Notes: generated from the sequence alone by a model not told the origin. DNA of 64,000 bases from Phaeosaccion multiseriatum (GCA_965112735.1 OZ218952.1:186001-250000), one strand, 5' to 3'. Shown: positions 50,974-63,790, counted from the stretch's first letter. Numbers and translations: made by a program.

Positions 50974-53586
50974 ATGGACGACGTCAGTATGGAGGTGGGA
51001 TTGACGGCAGGTACGAGAGAGAAAGCGCAAGGGGTGGGTATGGTGGCGAGGTTTTTGGGGGGCAACGGGTGAGGAGAAGGGAAATCTTTGCCTCCATCTT
51101 GCTCGAAGCTGCACAGACGTGTCATACGCTCTGGGACCTTCCTTCGCAAAGAGCGAAGAGCAGGCAGAGAGGAGCAGAAGACTGGGTAGTCTTTAGATTG
51201 CCTCTCCCGGTCCCACCGACCTCTAATTCATCGCTAACCACCTGAACTCCACCTTGTGCAGATTGCCACGGCGAGGACTACGAGCAGCAGCAGCAAGAGG
51301 AGGGAGCAGGAGGAGAAGAAGTCGGAGAGGATTCCATGGAAGAGCCACCAAGCGAGGAGCAGCTTCCTCGCTGCCAGCTCGAGGACTATACGCGATGTAG
51401 CGAGAGCCATTTGTGGAAGCTCATGATGTCTTTTTACGATAGGTAGGCCACGTGTGAGGGAGAGCGTGGAGGGAGATGGAGGAAGGGTGGAGGAGGGGGA
51501 AAGGAAGAGGGCGGATTTATCGGAACGCCATTGTATCAGCCGGAGCCGCTGCTCAAAGAGAAAATAAATCGAAGGGAAGGTGAGCAAGCGCCTTTGGTCT
51601 CACTCTGTTGCCCCCCACCCAACCCCCCACCCCTTCTCCAACTCCCCGACGGCGACTGTGGGGCTCTGCGCTCTACTCTGCCGCGGCACAGGAAAGGAGT
51701 GGAGTCCTGGAGCCACGGTATTGTCCCCCACTTCATCACGTGCAATGCTTTTATCGGTCGGAGCTACGCAAACGTCCTCAAGGCTTTTCTGCGGTAAGTA
51801 GCCTTCGCCACGAGGGTTGGTCGGTCCCTTATCACGAAGGAACACCCTTTCTCTCTTGTCGGCGCTTCTTGCGCTGCTGCCCGTATTGCAGCCACTCTCC
51901 ACGTCTCACGTGACGTTCCCCGTGGCTCCCCTGTCCGCTCTCTCCACCGCCTCGCTGCGCACCGTGTTTCCTGTACGAGTAGAGACTGCATGTCCCCAAC
52001 GAGCAGTATGAAACTAGACACGGAGGAGCCTCTCTACATCGTGGAGCTGGGGACAGGCAGTGGCAAGTTCTCCTTCTTCATGCTCAAAGCTCTGCAGGAG
52101 ATGAAGGTGAGTGGTGAGCCATAGTCCTTCTGGTGCCCTTGCAAAACTCAGAGGAGCGAGCGAGGGATTGGCCGAGAGCGTTGGCCGAAGTGTGGCTATC
52201 CCACTTGCCTTTGGTGGATCCCGCGCAGGCTGAAGTGGGTCCTAGCCCGGCTCCCAAAGCCATGTGTTGCCTCTCAAGCCATGTGCCTACTAAACCGGGG
52301 CCATCCGTCCCGTCCCTGTTGTGCCTCCCTCCCTGCCGTAGGAAACAAGCAGCTTTCCAGTGGACAAGATTGTGTACGTCATGACGGACTTCACAGCGGC
52401 GAACTTCAATTACTGGAAAGACCACCCCTCACTCAAGGTAGGGTAGACGCCTGGCCCGTGTGGTGAGCAGAGAAGCGCAACTACACAGTATCAGACAGAG
52501 ATAGGGAGGGGAAAGCAGATACAGCAGCGGGGGGGGGCTGAGGGATGGGCTGCGCGTTGGTCCGACGGCCGACGACAGGGGTGTGGTAAGAGTGGGGAGA
52601 CTCTCGTCCGGACCCTCTCAATAGGAGAGAAGAGGACTTCTTTCCGGCAAGAGAGGGAAGAGCTTGTACACTTCCGTCACTCACGCACATCCACGTTTGC
52701 ATGTGAAACGCCAATACGAAACTGTCGACGGGTTCTTTCTCTCTCCTGCCAGCCCTACCTGGACGCTGGTGTGCTGGACATGGCAATATTCGATGCGGTG
52801 AACGACAGCACAATCACTCTGGCGCACCAAGGAACCGTGCTTGCCCCCGGAACGGTGAAGAACCCCATCTGCGTCGTCGCTAACTACCTCTTCGACACGT
52901 TATGTCAAGATGTGTTCCAGGTATATGGTGTGGTACGGTATGGTACTAAAGAGGGCCAAAGAGAGGATACATGGGGGTGAAGAAGAAAGAAGGGATATGG
53001 GCGGACACAGGCAGACGGGCAGGCCAGTAGGGAGACGAGCAGATCGGCAGGGAGGCGGCCGCCCTCGGAGAAGCGGCGAAGATTCGTGGATATGTAGGAC
53101 TGTCCTCCTCTGATCGACGCTATCCATTCCCCTTCTTGTGCGTGCAGGTGGAAAGGGGGGTGCTCAAGGAGGGGCTCATTTCGGTGGGGACAACTCGAGA
53201 AAAAGAGCCCGATCCTCTCGAGCCGGATATCATCAAACGTATGAACAATAAGGTACGCTGAGCCGGGTAGGACCCCCTACTGGCTTGCTTGCTTGCTTGC
53301 TGGCTCGCTTGTGTGACTCCTTTGGAACGCCCCCTCCCCCCGACCGACCCCCTTCCCAATGTTCTTTGTCGTGACTCTGCTTGGTTCATCGCAGTACGAG
53401 TACAGGCCGATTTCAGACGATTACTACAAGGACGAGCAAGACAGAGAGCACCTCCAACGCATCCTTCAATGGTGAGCTTTGCTTTGCTGTCAAGGCCTTG
53501 CTGCGCTGCTGTTCCTGCTGTTGTGGCCGTGTGCGGCCCCACACGCTTTCTCCGCCGTGCCCCACATCTCTCTCTCTCTCTCTCCC

Positions 53587-53617
<31 letters not shown>

Positions 53618-55023
53618 TCTCTCCCCCCTCTCTCTCTGTCTCTCCTTACTTTGACCTACTTTTCTGCCTCTGTGCATCTCGGTCTCCCTGCCTTGCGACC
53701 CCTCCGCCTCCTTCTTTGTGGCACTCCTCCGTCTGTCTCTTTCCTTCTCTCTCAGGTACGTGGACTATTTCGCCGAGGAGGAGGAGGAGGAGGAGGGGGA
53801 ACGAAACGGCAGAGATGAGAACCGAAGAAAATCGAGAGGCGGCGGGCGCACCCCTGCTGCGAGTCTGCTTATGCCCATTGGAGCTGTACGAGCCATTCGG
53901 CAGCTGTGCTCCTTCAGCGATAACAGAGCTCTCGTCATCTCGGGTGACAAGGGAAACAACAACCCAGAGCAGTTCAGAGGCCTCATGGTACGCGAAAGAC
54001 ACATGTCAGACAGACAGAGAGGGTGTGTCGGGGGGTGGGAGTCTTGTGTAGGTGGACTGCTTCTTGAGTACTTCCATCTGTACTGTCGTCGGGTGCCAAC
54101 TGCTCAAACTGCTCTGGGGGTGCTCTGTCCGCTCCTGACATCTCTCTCTCTCTCTCTCTTTCACCCTGCCCCCCTCTCGCTCTCCCTCTCCCTCCCTCGT
54201 TGCTTTACTTGCCTGTGCAGGATCCCCACATCGCCGTCCACGGCAGCTTTAGCGTGATGGTCAACTATCACGCCATCGGGGCTTACTTCACGAGCAGAGG
54301 CGGCTTCGCTCTGCACAACCCCCAGGAGGAGGCTAGCCTGAAGGTGCGGCGTGGTGAAGGAAGCAGGCGGGAGGTGGGCGGGGGTATCGTGTGTCGAGTG
54401 TGCCCCACATCACACGAGTAACGAGTCGGTGCATGTATGGGGCGCGGATCAAGCACAGTATCGGCTGGAGTTGAGAGCAAGTGCCTTGTGGTAGCGAGCG
54501 ACCCTGACTGTTGGTCTGTTTCTCTTTCGCCAGCGGGGCTGGGCAGGCAGGCCAATGATGTTGTGCGGTCTTGGGTTTCTCATGAGGTCGTCTGACTGCT
54601 GATATGGCGTGGTGCTGTCCTCTTCCCGCCCACCCACACAGGTGTCAACCTTCGTACTAACGGGGGATGAGAAGGGAGAGGGGGAGGGGACGAGCAGCGA
54701 TGACGGCGATTGGCTCAAGGGCGCTTTGGAACGGAGGGACGAAGAGAGGAAAACCAAGTACCCCCACCTGGCAGAGGCATTTAAGAACCACATAGAGCAC
54801 TTCGGCCCCAATGACTTCTTTGTCATGCAGAAGGGCCTCAAGGAGGACGCCCCCACTCCCTCACTCAAGAGCATTGTGGCTCTGCTGAAACTTGGGGACT
54901 GGGATCCAGATGTGTTTTTCAAGTTCAGGGAAAGCATTCTCAATCAGGTACGGAACGTCGTATTAAATTATGTGTACGATGGGGGGAGAGAGAGGGAGAA
55001 GGGGGGGGAGGGAGAGGAGGCTG

Positions 55024-55054
<31 letters not shown>

Positions 55055-56136
55055 AAGAGACAGAGAGAGAGAGGAAAAGTGGGAATGTGTCATGCTTGTT
55101 TTTTGGATAGCTGTGGAGGAGGCCCACGTGCTTCAGCGGCAGGCACTACGACTCCTCCCCACACAGCGGCAGGCACAAACACTCATCCGACGCTCATCCC
55201 CCCCCACTGTCGTGCGGCATACCAGGTGCCTACCGCGGGGGCGAAGCTTCGCAAGGACCTCTGTAGAGGGGTGCCTCGCGTGTGGGAGAACTACTACCCG
55301 CTAGACAAGGACAAGGATGTGGCCTTTGAGGTGGGGCGCTTCTATTACGGCATTCGTGACTACGAGAAGGCCCTACAGTACTACGCCAACAGCAGCGAGA
55401 ACATCGGTAAGGACCCCCTCCCTCCCTCCCTTCCCCCCCCCCTCCGATCGCGCGGAGTGAGTTGTTCTGCCACATGCGTTGTGCCGGAGGTTTGCTCTGA
55501 CGCTTGGAGAACGCGATATCATCCACAAAGGATAATTTCTTTTTCCTTTCTCACAACCATGAGAATGAGAACTTGTTCACCCACCGCTTTCTCTCCTGTG
55601 CGCCGCCCCCCCCCCCCCTCCCCTTCCCCACTCCAGGAGCACATCACGTGACATACCACAACATGGGACTGTGCCACTACAGCCTGGGCACGCTCAAGAA
55701 CTCATTGTTCTTCTTTGAAAAGGCTCTGGCCATGAATAGTCAATACCAGAAGGCGGAGAACTGGCGCCAGAAGGTGGAGGACGAACTCAGAGGGCCGGTG
55801 GAGGGTGCTGCAGGTGCGAGTCTTCCAGTAGAAGAAGTAGCAGCAGTAGCGTCAGCCGCAACAGCAGCAGCAGCAGCAGCAGCAGAGCAGGGTGGAAGTG
55901 AGGCAGGAGGAGGTGGCGTGGCCGGGGAGGAGGATGTGGAAGGAGACGGAGACGTAGACAACGTTAACGCGAGTCTGTCTACAGAGGCAGCAATTCTGGC
56001 TGCGGCGGCAGCTGCCGCTGTCGTGGAGGGGCGGCGGGATGTTGGTGACTACAGTATCCTCGTCGGGGACGCTCCATCGAGGGGTAGTGAAGAGTCTGGT
56101 GTGGTGGCAGGGTTGGCTGCTCTCAGTGCGCAGTAG
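50974..56136 (+). CDS. SAM-dependent methyltransferase (MidA/NDUFAF7-like fold) with C-terminal TPR repeats; many exons
   Basis: LWKLMMSFYDRKGVESW..VPHFITCN, motif I IVELGTGSGKF, YVMTDF, ANYLFDT and ISGDKG. TPR segments FEVGRFYYGIRDYEKALQYY and YHNMGLCHYSLG. Confidence 0.85.
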
Positions 56137-56316
56137 GCCATGTACTGCGGTAGAGAAGCGTTGAGGCTCTTGGAGAATCATTCTTGAATGTTTCCGGGGG
56201 GTGCATGTTCTCCTTATCAAGGTGGGCACTCACAACCTAAAACGCCTTCGACATTGTCATGAATTGCTGTCAATACGAGCGGTGTTTCATGATTCCATGT
56301 CCTGTTCTTCCTTCCA

Positions 56317-58229
56317 CTACTCGTCAGACTCTGAAGACGATGCGTCTTCTGCATCGTCTTCGCTGTCCCCCTCCTCCTCCTCCTCCTCTGATCGGCTCTC
56401 TCCATCCCCGGCCCCTAGCAGCGGCACCACGACCACCTGATTCTTGCCCTGCTTCAGCCTCTCCCACCTGCCCAAGCGGTGCTCATGCCCCGTAGCAGCG
56501 AGGAGGAAGCGGCCGCTCGTGCTAACCGCAAGCCCGTTCACAAAGCCCGGCATGGGAATGGCGTTGACGTGCTCGAGCGCTCGACTCTCCACCCCAACCT
56601 TCCACAGGCGTATGAACCCATCGCTCGAGCCGCTCACCGCCAGGTCAGACAGAGGAATGGTGCCGACTGCTGAGATCCAAGGTGGCGCTAGCGGCTTGGG
56701 TACAATGCCTCCTCCTCCTCCTCCTCCTCCTCCTCCTCCTCCTCCTCCGGCTGCTGCTCCACCTGCTGCTATTGCTGGGGTATGCGCCCCCTCAATAACC
56801 TTGAGGGGCTTCTTCTTCGTGGTGGACCACAGACTCAAGGCCCCATCCTCCCCACCAGACACAAAGGCGTCATCGCTCAGCATTGCGCAGCTGTCCACGC
56901 TGCCCCCCATGGAGGGTCGAAACACGAGGTGCGTCTCCTCTGGAACCTTCCACAGACGCGCCGTGCGATCTCTCCCCCCTGTGATGGCCCGCTCCTTGAC
57001 CCAGGCACAGATGGCGTTGATCTCCGACTGGTGACCGAACATGCTCTCAATGTAGGCCATTTCGTCCAAGCCCCAGTGCTTTACAGAGCGATCGTGGCTC
57101 CCTGCGCGTCGTACAAGAGCAGAGGGAGAGAGAGAGAGAGTGGACATGGGGGCCGAACGTACACACATCGTAAGGAAGGAAGGAAGAATGATCCACAGCA
57201 GGCGCCACGCCATTCAAAGTTGTGTGCCAGCCATTCTTTGCTCTCCTCTGACGTACCACTGTACAGGGTGTGCGTGGAGTGGCGGAAAGCGAGGCTGCTG
57301 ACCGCGCCGGTGTGGCCCCTGAAGGCTTTCACCGGATCCAGGCTCATCACTGCCTGCCCCCGAGGTATGCGCAAGTCCCACACCTTGATGAGTTTGTCTC
57401 GACCCCCAGACGCCACGAAGCGCCCGTCAGTGCTCATGGCGACCGACAGCACCTCTCCTTGGTGCGCCTGAGGACCTTTTGCCCACCCCCCGTCCTGCTT
57501 CTTCGTGCTGGTGCGCTTCCAGGACGGTAGCAATACCCGCTTTGTGCCAGTTTCCACGTCCCACAGCAGCACGCTGTTGTCCTTGCTGCCACTCACTGCG
57601 GCACTGTCGTCGCCTGAGAGGGCCACACTCGTGACCGACAATTTGTGGCCCTTGAACCGCCTCCACGACCCAGATCCGCCGTCAACTGCGGCGGCTTCTT
57701 CACTAAAGGTACATGACCGCAGTCTGGAGGCCAAATCCTGCTGCAGCCGTCCCTGCTCCTTCAGTCGCGCCCTCTCCAGCTTCTTGCCAATGTCTGCCGC
57801 CCTGTGTGCTGCGCGAGAGCCTGCAGCCGTCCCGCCTTGGCCGCTCCCATCACTATCCTCGTCATCGTCCTCATCTTCCTCGTCATCCCCAAACTGCCGA
57901 TCCTCGTCGTCCCCCCCGAGCCGAAACAAGTCCCCGTCCCCCCCCTGCAGCTCCACAAGATACTCCTTCGCAAGTCTCACTCTCGTCTCCTCCGCTGTCT
58001 CCCGTGCCTCCTCGTCCTCCTCCTCCGCAGCCCTCTCCTCTGCCTCCCGACCTCTGCGTCTCCGGTTCTCAGCAGCCCCATCGTCGCTTTCACCCCCGCC
58101 CCCATCCTCACTCCCGGAAAGCTCCTCCCCTCTCCCCTTTGAGGATCCAAATTGCAGCACTGGAGCGGATTCGCGTCGACGCTTCCGACCTCCACCGCTC
58201 CTCGGCTCTGGTCGTCTCTTGGGGGGCAT
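56317..58229 (-). CDS. RRP9: U3 snoRNP-associated WD40 protein RRP9 (U3-55K); one intron
   Basis: ETAEETRVRLAKEYL, WD40 repeats, GRDRTARLWKVPEETHLVF and GHEHRLGRW. Confidence 0.93.
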
Positions 58230-58397
58230 TGTCTCCAAGCTTCAAGCCTTACAAGGGTTGTATGTATGAGAGAAAAAAAAATGATCGCCGCCACCCCACA
58301 GACATCGAGAATAAGTTAATGGATCGGATGGCGACGACTCGAATCCGTCCGCGAAGGATCGCGCGAAGCAGGTGGGGCCGCGCCCTCCAAATCAACA

Positions 58398-61380
58398 ATG
58401 AGCTCGCGTGAGCGAGAGGGCGAGGGGGACCAGGAGGGAGGGGACCTCTTCATGCAGCAGCAGCAGCAGCAGTACGAAGAATACGCACGCACGCATGCGT
58501 ATCACCAGCGGCTGCAGCAGGAGCAGAGGGAGGAGGGGGAGGAGGACGACGAGGAGAAGCAGCACCACGATGAGGTTCCCAGGCTCCCACAGCCGCCGCG
58601 TCGGCGTGCACAGCCCAGCAACCAGAAGTACCGGATGATGGTCATAGTTGGAATTCCCTGCAGCGGCAAGTCCACCGTGAGCGAGTGTCTGTCCAGCCTT
58701 GGTTGGGAGGTGGTGAATCAGGACACGCTCAAGACCCGTCCTCTGTGTGAGCGGGCGGCCAGACAAGCTCTTGGGAAGGGCGGAAGAGTGGTCATAGACA
58801 GGTTTGTTTGTTGCTGACAGCAGCCGCCTCCCTGTGCGATCGAAGAGCGGGCCGAGAAAGGGGCCAACTTTCTGACGCGTCGCTAACCTGCTTTGTACTT
58901 TGACTATCTGACATCATTGGCCCAGGTGCAATTTCAATGTCTGATTGGTCGCTTGCCTGCTTTGGACTTTGACTATTCGACTTCATTGGCCCAGGTGCAA
59001 CTTCGACGCCAAACAGCGGGCCCACTTCACGGGGCTGGCTCGCGAACAGAGGCTGCCTAGGAGCGCCGTGGCGTGCGCTTGGCTGGACATTCCCCTGCGT
59101 GTGTGCCTGGAGCGTCTCATGCAACGCAAGGGCCACCCGACGCTTCCCCCGGGTGAGAGGAGTAAGGGCGTGGTGAGGAGGTTTCAAGACATGCTGAAGC
59201 CGCCTCGGGAAGGAGAGGGCTTTGCAAAAGTGTTTAGGATTTGCAATGACGAGGACCTGTCCAACTTCATTCTGGCAATGTCGGCTGAAGAAGGAGATGC
59301 ACAACAGGAGGGAAGTAGCCCCACCGACACCTGGTTCGATGCGCCGCCCACACCATCAGTGTGGACGGCGGGCACAAACCATGTGAGCGTCCTCTCTTCC
59401 TGTCCCTCCCCGGCGTGGCCTTCCGGAGCCGAGGGCTCCCCACCTCGCGTCCAAGCCGTCGAGGGTGCCCTGGAAAGAGGGTTGATGGAGGTCTCAGCAT
59501 CTGCCGCAGGAGGTGATGAAGCAAGCGTGGGCTGCAGGGGTGACTTCGAGGAAGGGGAAGTGGTGGGCGGTGCCTGCAGCAGTCCTGATGGTGCTGCTAC
59601 TTCTGATGGTACTACTTCTGCTTCTGCTGCGGCTGCTTCTGCTGACGCGACTGATGGAGGGATTGACAAGAGCATTGAAGACAACGACGAAGGAACGAAT
59701 ATATTCTTCGATATGTTTTTGGGCCTCTTGTCTGTGGCCAGGCTGAGTAACATTTGGGAGGAAGCAAAGGGGAGCCTGGAGCTAAGCACCACACTGGCCT
59801 TGGCCGCCTTCGACGCGGAGCAGGACGGGGGCGAGGAGGCTTCCCTGCTCATCATTGAGCAGATGGTAGAGGAGGAGCGCTACAGCCAGGAGGGCCGCGA
59901 GCAGATGGAGCTGGAGTCTTTGGTGCTCTGCCTGAGAGAGCAGCTCAGCGAGGACCAGCTGGAGAGGGTGGTGGAAGTTGCCAGGGAAGCAAGGCTGGTG
60001 CCCGAAGAGATGGACGCCTTTGTAGACATGATTAGTACGTTTCCGTTGGCCAACCCAGCCACCGTTCTTCTTATTCTGCAGAAAGTCCAATTTGAAGCCG
60101 AGGCCGCTGGGCCCTACATTTTAGAAGGGAGACTACCCCCAGAGGAAGGTGAAGAGGAGGAGGAGGAGGAGGAGGAGGGGAAGGAGGAGAGGGAGGATGG
60201 GGGCCCCGGTATCGTCGTGGATGTGTCCACTGCTGCAGATGTGAACCGTCGGGGCCGAGCTGTACAGCGAGCGCCCTCTACCTGGGGAGAAGCTGGACGG
60301 GTGGAGAGTCATGGCTTCCCCAGCAGAGCCGCGGGTAGCATGAGCCTCCCTCGGATGAGCAGAGGTGAGTCTGGAGAGTTTCCGGCTCTCGAAAGCGGTT
60401 CGAGGTGGGAGGGGACGCAGAAGAAGCGCGACAGGAGCGCACACACCGGAAGATGGAGGGGAGGGCAGCAGGCAGGAGGAGCAACAGCAGCACCAGGAGG
60501 AGCAGGAGCAGTTGGTGATACAGCTTGGGGCGACTCTGCGTCCAAGCTCAAATGGCTACAGCAGTACTACGACTCTCTCCTGCAGGCGGACATGGTGGCA
60601 GAAGTATTTTGGAACAGTCAAGGGTGCGTGCATCGGACGCAGGATGCCCTGGGCGGTCTGTTCCCGGAGCAAGACGCGGCAGCCAAGAAGCGTGACCGAC
60701 ATGCAGCCCTTGGGCGGCAGCTGCGGCAGAAGATTTGTTTGGCTCGGAGGCGGCCCAGCGGAGAGGTGGGTACAGCAGTGCTAGTGGCTGCTTCGCCTCG
60801 AGCTCGAGTGGGGAGTAGCGGCCAGCAGCAGAAGCGGCGGCACTCCAGCGTGGCTCAGGAGGCTCTCGGAGGAGGGCGGAGCGGGGAAAGCTTGCGACAG
60901 GCGGCTAGGGAGGAGGAGCGGCGAATGCGAGAGGTAGGTACTTTACTCTGGCTGGTGTGTGGCTTGTTTTTGTTCTGCTTCTGCTTCTGCCTCTGCTTCT
61001 GGGTTGTGAGGGCTTTACCTTTCTTCACTACTTATCCCCGGCTGAGCATGATATACCTTCCATGTATGTGACCCCCCCCCTCCCTCCCCTCTACACCTAC
61101 TGATTGGAGTAGGTGTACAAGGACGCGTCGTCGAGGTATCGGGGAGAGGGAGGCAAAGGGATGGCGGCCGTCCTGTCCCACCGAGGCATGGAGCACCGCC
61201 GAAGGATGCAGGAGCTCAACGTTATGGCCGGGTGGGCGACGGTCAAAGACAACAACCCGGGCATGGTGTTGGAGGGGGAGGAGGAGGGCAGGGGGGCACA
61301 CGTGGCCATTAGGGCGCTTTCCACCAGGGGTGGGCAGCAGACGGTTGATCTGCACGGCCTCCGAGTGTCGGAAGCCATCC

Positions 61381-61470
<90 letters not shown>

Positions 61471-61831
61471 TGCGCTTTCCCTCTGCGAGTTCGAATGGCA
61501 TGGATGGGCAAGAGCAGATCTGATCTGACTGAGACCGTCTTGTCCCTCTTGATCCCTAACACCGGAGCGCTATCTGTACGTCGCGTGTCTGGACTTGTGC
61601 CCCTGTCAGGTGGTCCAGGCAACCATCTCCTTCCTGAGCAGCTCCAGAGGCCCGCCCGAGGGGCCTGGTGGCTCGTCCCGCCGGCGGAATCAAGTGGACT
61701 TTATCACGGGCCGAGGCAACCACAGTGCGGAGGGCCGAGCCAGGCTCCAGCCTGCCATACAGCGATACCTCACCGCCAGGGGCTCGCAGTACTCGGTCCC
61801 CCACCCCGGCATGTATAGGGTGCAGGCATAG
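58398..61831 (+). CDS. P-loop (AAA_33/PNK-like) kinase + CUE-like + Smr endonuclease protein, N4BP2/NONU-1-like
   Basis: GIPCSGKST Walker A, VIDRCNF, three short CUE-like helical units, and Smr motifs DLHG and ITGRGNHS. Introns include 58802-58994 and 61383-61609. Confidence 0.8.
58871..59008 (+). repeat. 69-bp tandem duplication spanning a 3' splice site
   Basis: TCTGA...TTTGACTAT...CATTGGCCCAGGTGCAA occurs at 58871 and 58940, with AG acceptors at 58925 and 58994. Confidence 0.9.
61383..61464 (+). repeat. (GT)41 microsatellite beginning at an intron donor site
   Basis: ATCCAG|GTGTGT... directly visible. Confidence 0.95.
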
Positions 61832-62138
61832 ATGTATATAACATAGAGGGAGGGGGCGTGGGGAAAGGACAATAGTTTGGGTTTGAATGTCGAAGAAAAG
61901 TGGGCCTCCATCCGATACCCAAACCCGCCCACTTCCCTCCGATTTGTCGTTCTCACTTTGGGGAAGGGCTTGGCAGAAGATGTGTTAGTGAGAAAGCCCC
62001 AGGTGAAGACTGACCGCTGACTCCATAAGAAGTCGGCCATATCTCTAAATTAGAACGGGGGACGTATTTGCAACACAGTATTCGCTTCGCCTAAACCCTG
62101 GAAGAGCACGCTGTGAAGAGAAGCAGGGCAAGCAGAGA

Positions 62139-63758
62139 ATGGCTAGCAACGCCGACCCCTTCGATGTCGCCAAGGAGTAAGTGGGCACTGTGAACTTGAA
62201 CTGAGGGGATGGAGGGGCGCAGCGACAACGACACAGAGAGGAGTCGAGGACATACGTGCCTCACACACAGATAGAGCTTCAGATCTCTGCTCTTTTTCAA
62301 TGTTGCACAACCTCTGCTACTCCACACCCTTCAGTGTCGCCTTACGTCACGTTCTCTTGAACCTGGTGTGAAAGTTGAATGGACTGGATGGATCAGGAGA
62401 GTTGCCATATCGTACACAGTGGCAGTGCCCGAACCTAACCGCTCCCCACTCATTCTCTACCTTCTAACCTTGACGCTCTTTGTTCCTTGCGATGCTCGCT
62501 CCTTTGAAAGTGCGTTGGGCCTCAACTTGGACTACTTAAAAGATCGAGCAAGTCAGTACGTTGACTCCGTCGCGAAGGTCAACACCGCAGCAGACAGAGA
62601 CTTTCGAGAGCTCAAAGCCACTCTCGCAAGAGATGTTCGGTCCGCAGAGTCGCAACTCAGAGATCTCAAAAGGACTGTAGACCTCGTTGAGAGGGAGCGC
62701 GCACAGTTCTCGCACGTTACTGATGCCGAGCTGGCAGACAGGTGAGTGAGGCCAAGAGAAGGGCGCGATTTGGCCTCATTTGAACCGGTTCAGCTTGGTG
62801 GGGGGATCTTCTTTCTTCTTCTTCTCCTCCTCCCCCTCCTCCTCCTCCTCCTCCTCCTCCTCCTCCTCCTCCTCCTCCTCCTCCTCCTCCTCCTCCTCCT
62901 CCTCCTCCTCCTCCTCCTCCTCCTCCTCCTCCTCCTCCTCCTCCTCCTCCTCATCCTCCTCCTCCTCCTCCTCCTCCTCCCCCTCCTCCTCCTCCTCCTC
63001 CTCCTCCTCCTCCTCCTCCTGCGCTGCTGCTGCTGCCTTGAGTACTCTCTGCCGGCGAGCCACTTTACTGAGTGTACACCCTCACGCCCTTACACACTTC
63101 CGGTGGTGCGTTCATGCTTACACACTCTCAGACGGGCGTTTTGCAAGAGCGCCAAGAAGACTGTGAATAGCATTAAGGCAGATATGGACAGCGACAAGGT
63201 CCTGGAGAAGTTAAAGACGGACGAGGCCATGGAGACGCAAAAGTACAGACCGACGGACACTTACGGTGAGAGGGAGAGAGGGTTGCTGGGCGATGTGTGC
63301 TGGGCTAGTGCGAGCAGTGAAGCGGGGGCAGTTGCGCAGGTGCCGGATAGGCAAGCAAGTTGTCCCCTTCCCCAGCCACCCCCACCCCCTCTGCTTCTCA
63401 TCTTTGCGTGCCTGCCGCTGCCGCTGCTGCTGGTGCCACTGCCTCTCCTTCTGTGTGCCGCTTGTTCTCACGTACAGGAGCGTCTTCGGAAATGGAAATG
63501 AGCAATACAAACTTCATCAACGACAAGGAGGTCCGTGGCTCTCTCTCTCTGTGTGTGTCTGTGTGTGTCTTTTTTGTGTCTCTCCTTTTCCATGTGGAAG
63601 GGAGGGGGTGATGCGAAAGGCGAGGCGCGCCGTGGGAGCGTGCATGTAACACTGTCAAGGCCAAAACACGCTCTTTGCACCCCGACATGAGATGCCAGCT
63701 CTTGTGTGTGCGTATGGATGTGTGTATGGAGTGTCTTGTCCTCCGCCTCCTGCTCCTA

Positions 63759-63790
<32 letters not shown>

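Noticed and set aside
58942-58944. In-frame TGA as a selenocysteine or readthrough codon
   Set aside because: It lies in a degenerate duplicated copy at a non-catalytic position, and no SECIS-like element was recognised.
41669-61831. Functional cluster of RNA-metabolism genes (Arc1p, SERRATE, RRP9, Smr nuclease)
   Set aside because: They act in different pathways, are interspersed with unrelated genes, and belong to a large functional class. Coincidence is sufficient.
62746-63501. Poly-Leu, poly-Glu and poly-Ser ORFs
   Set aside because: Translations of an intronic (CTC)n microsatellite in the syntaxin gene.
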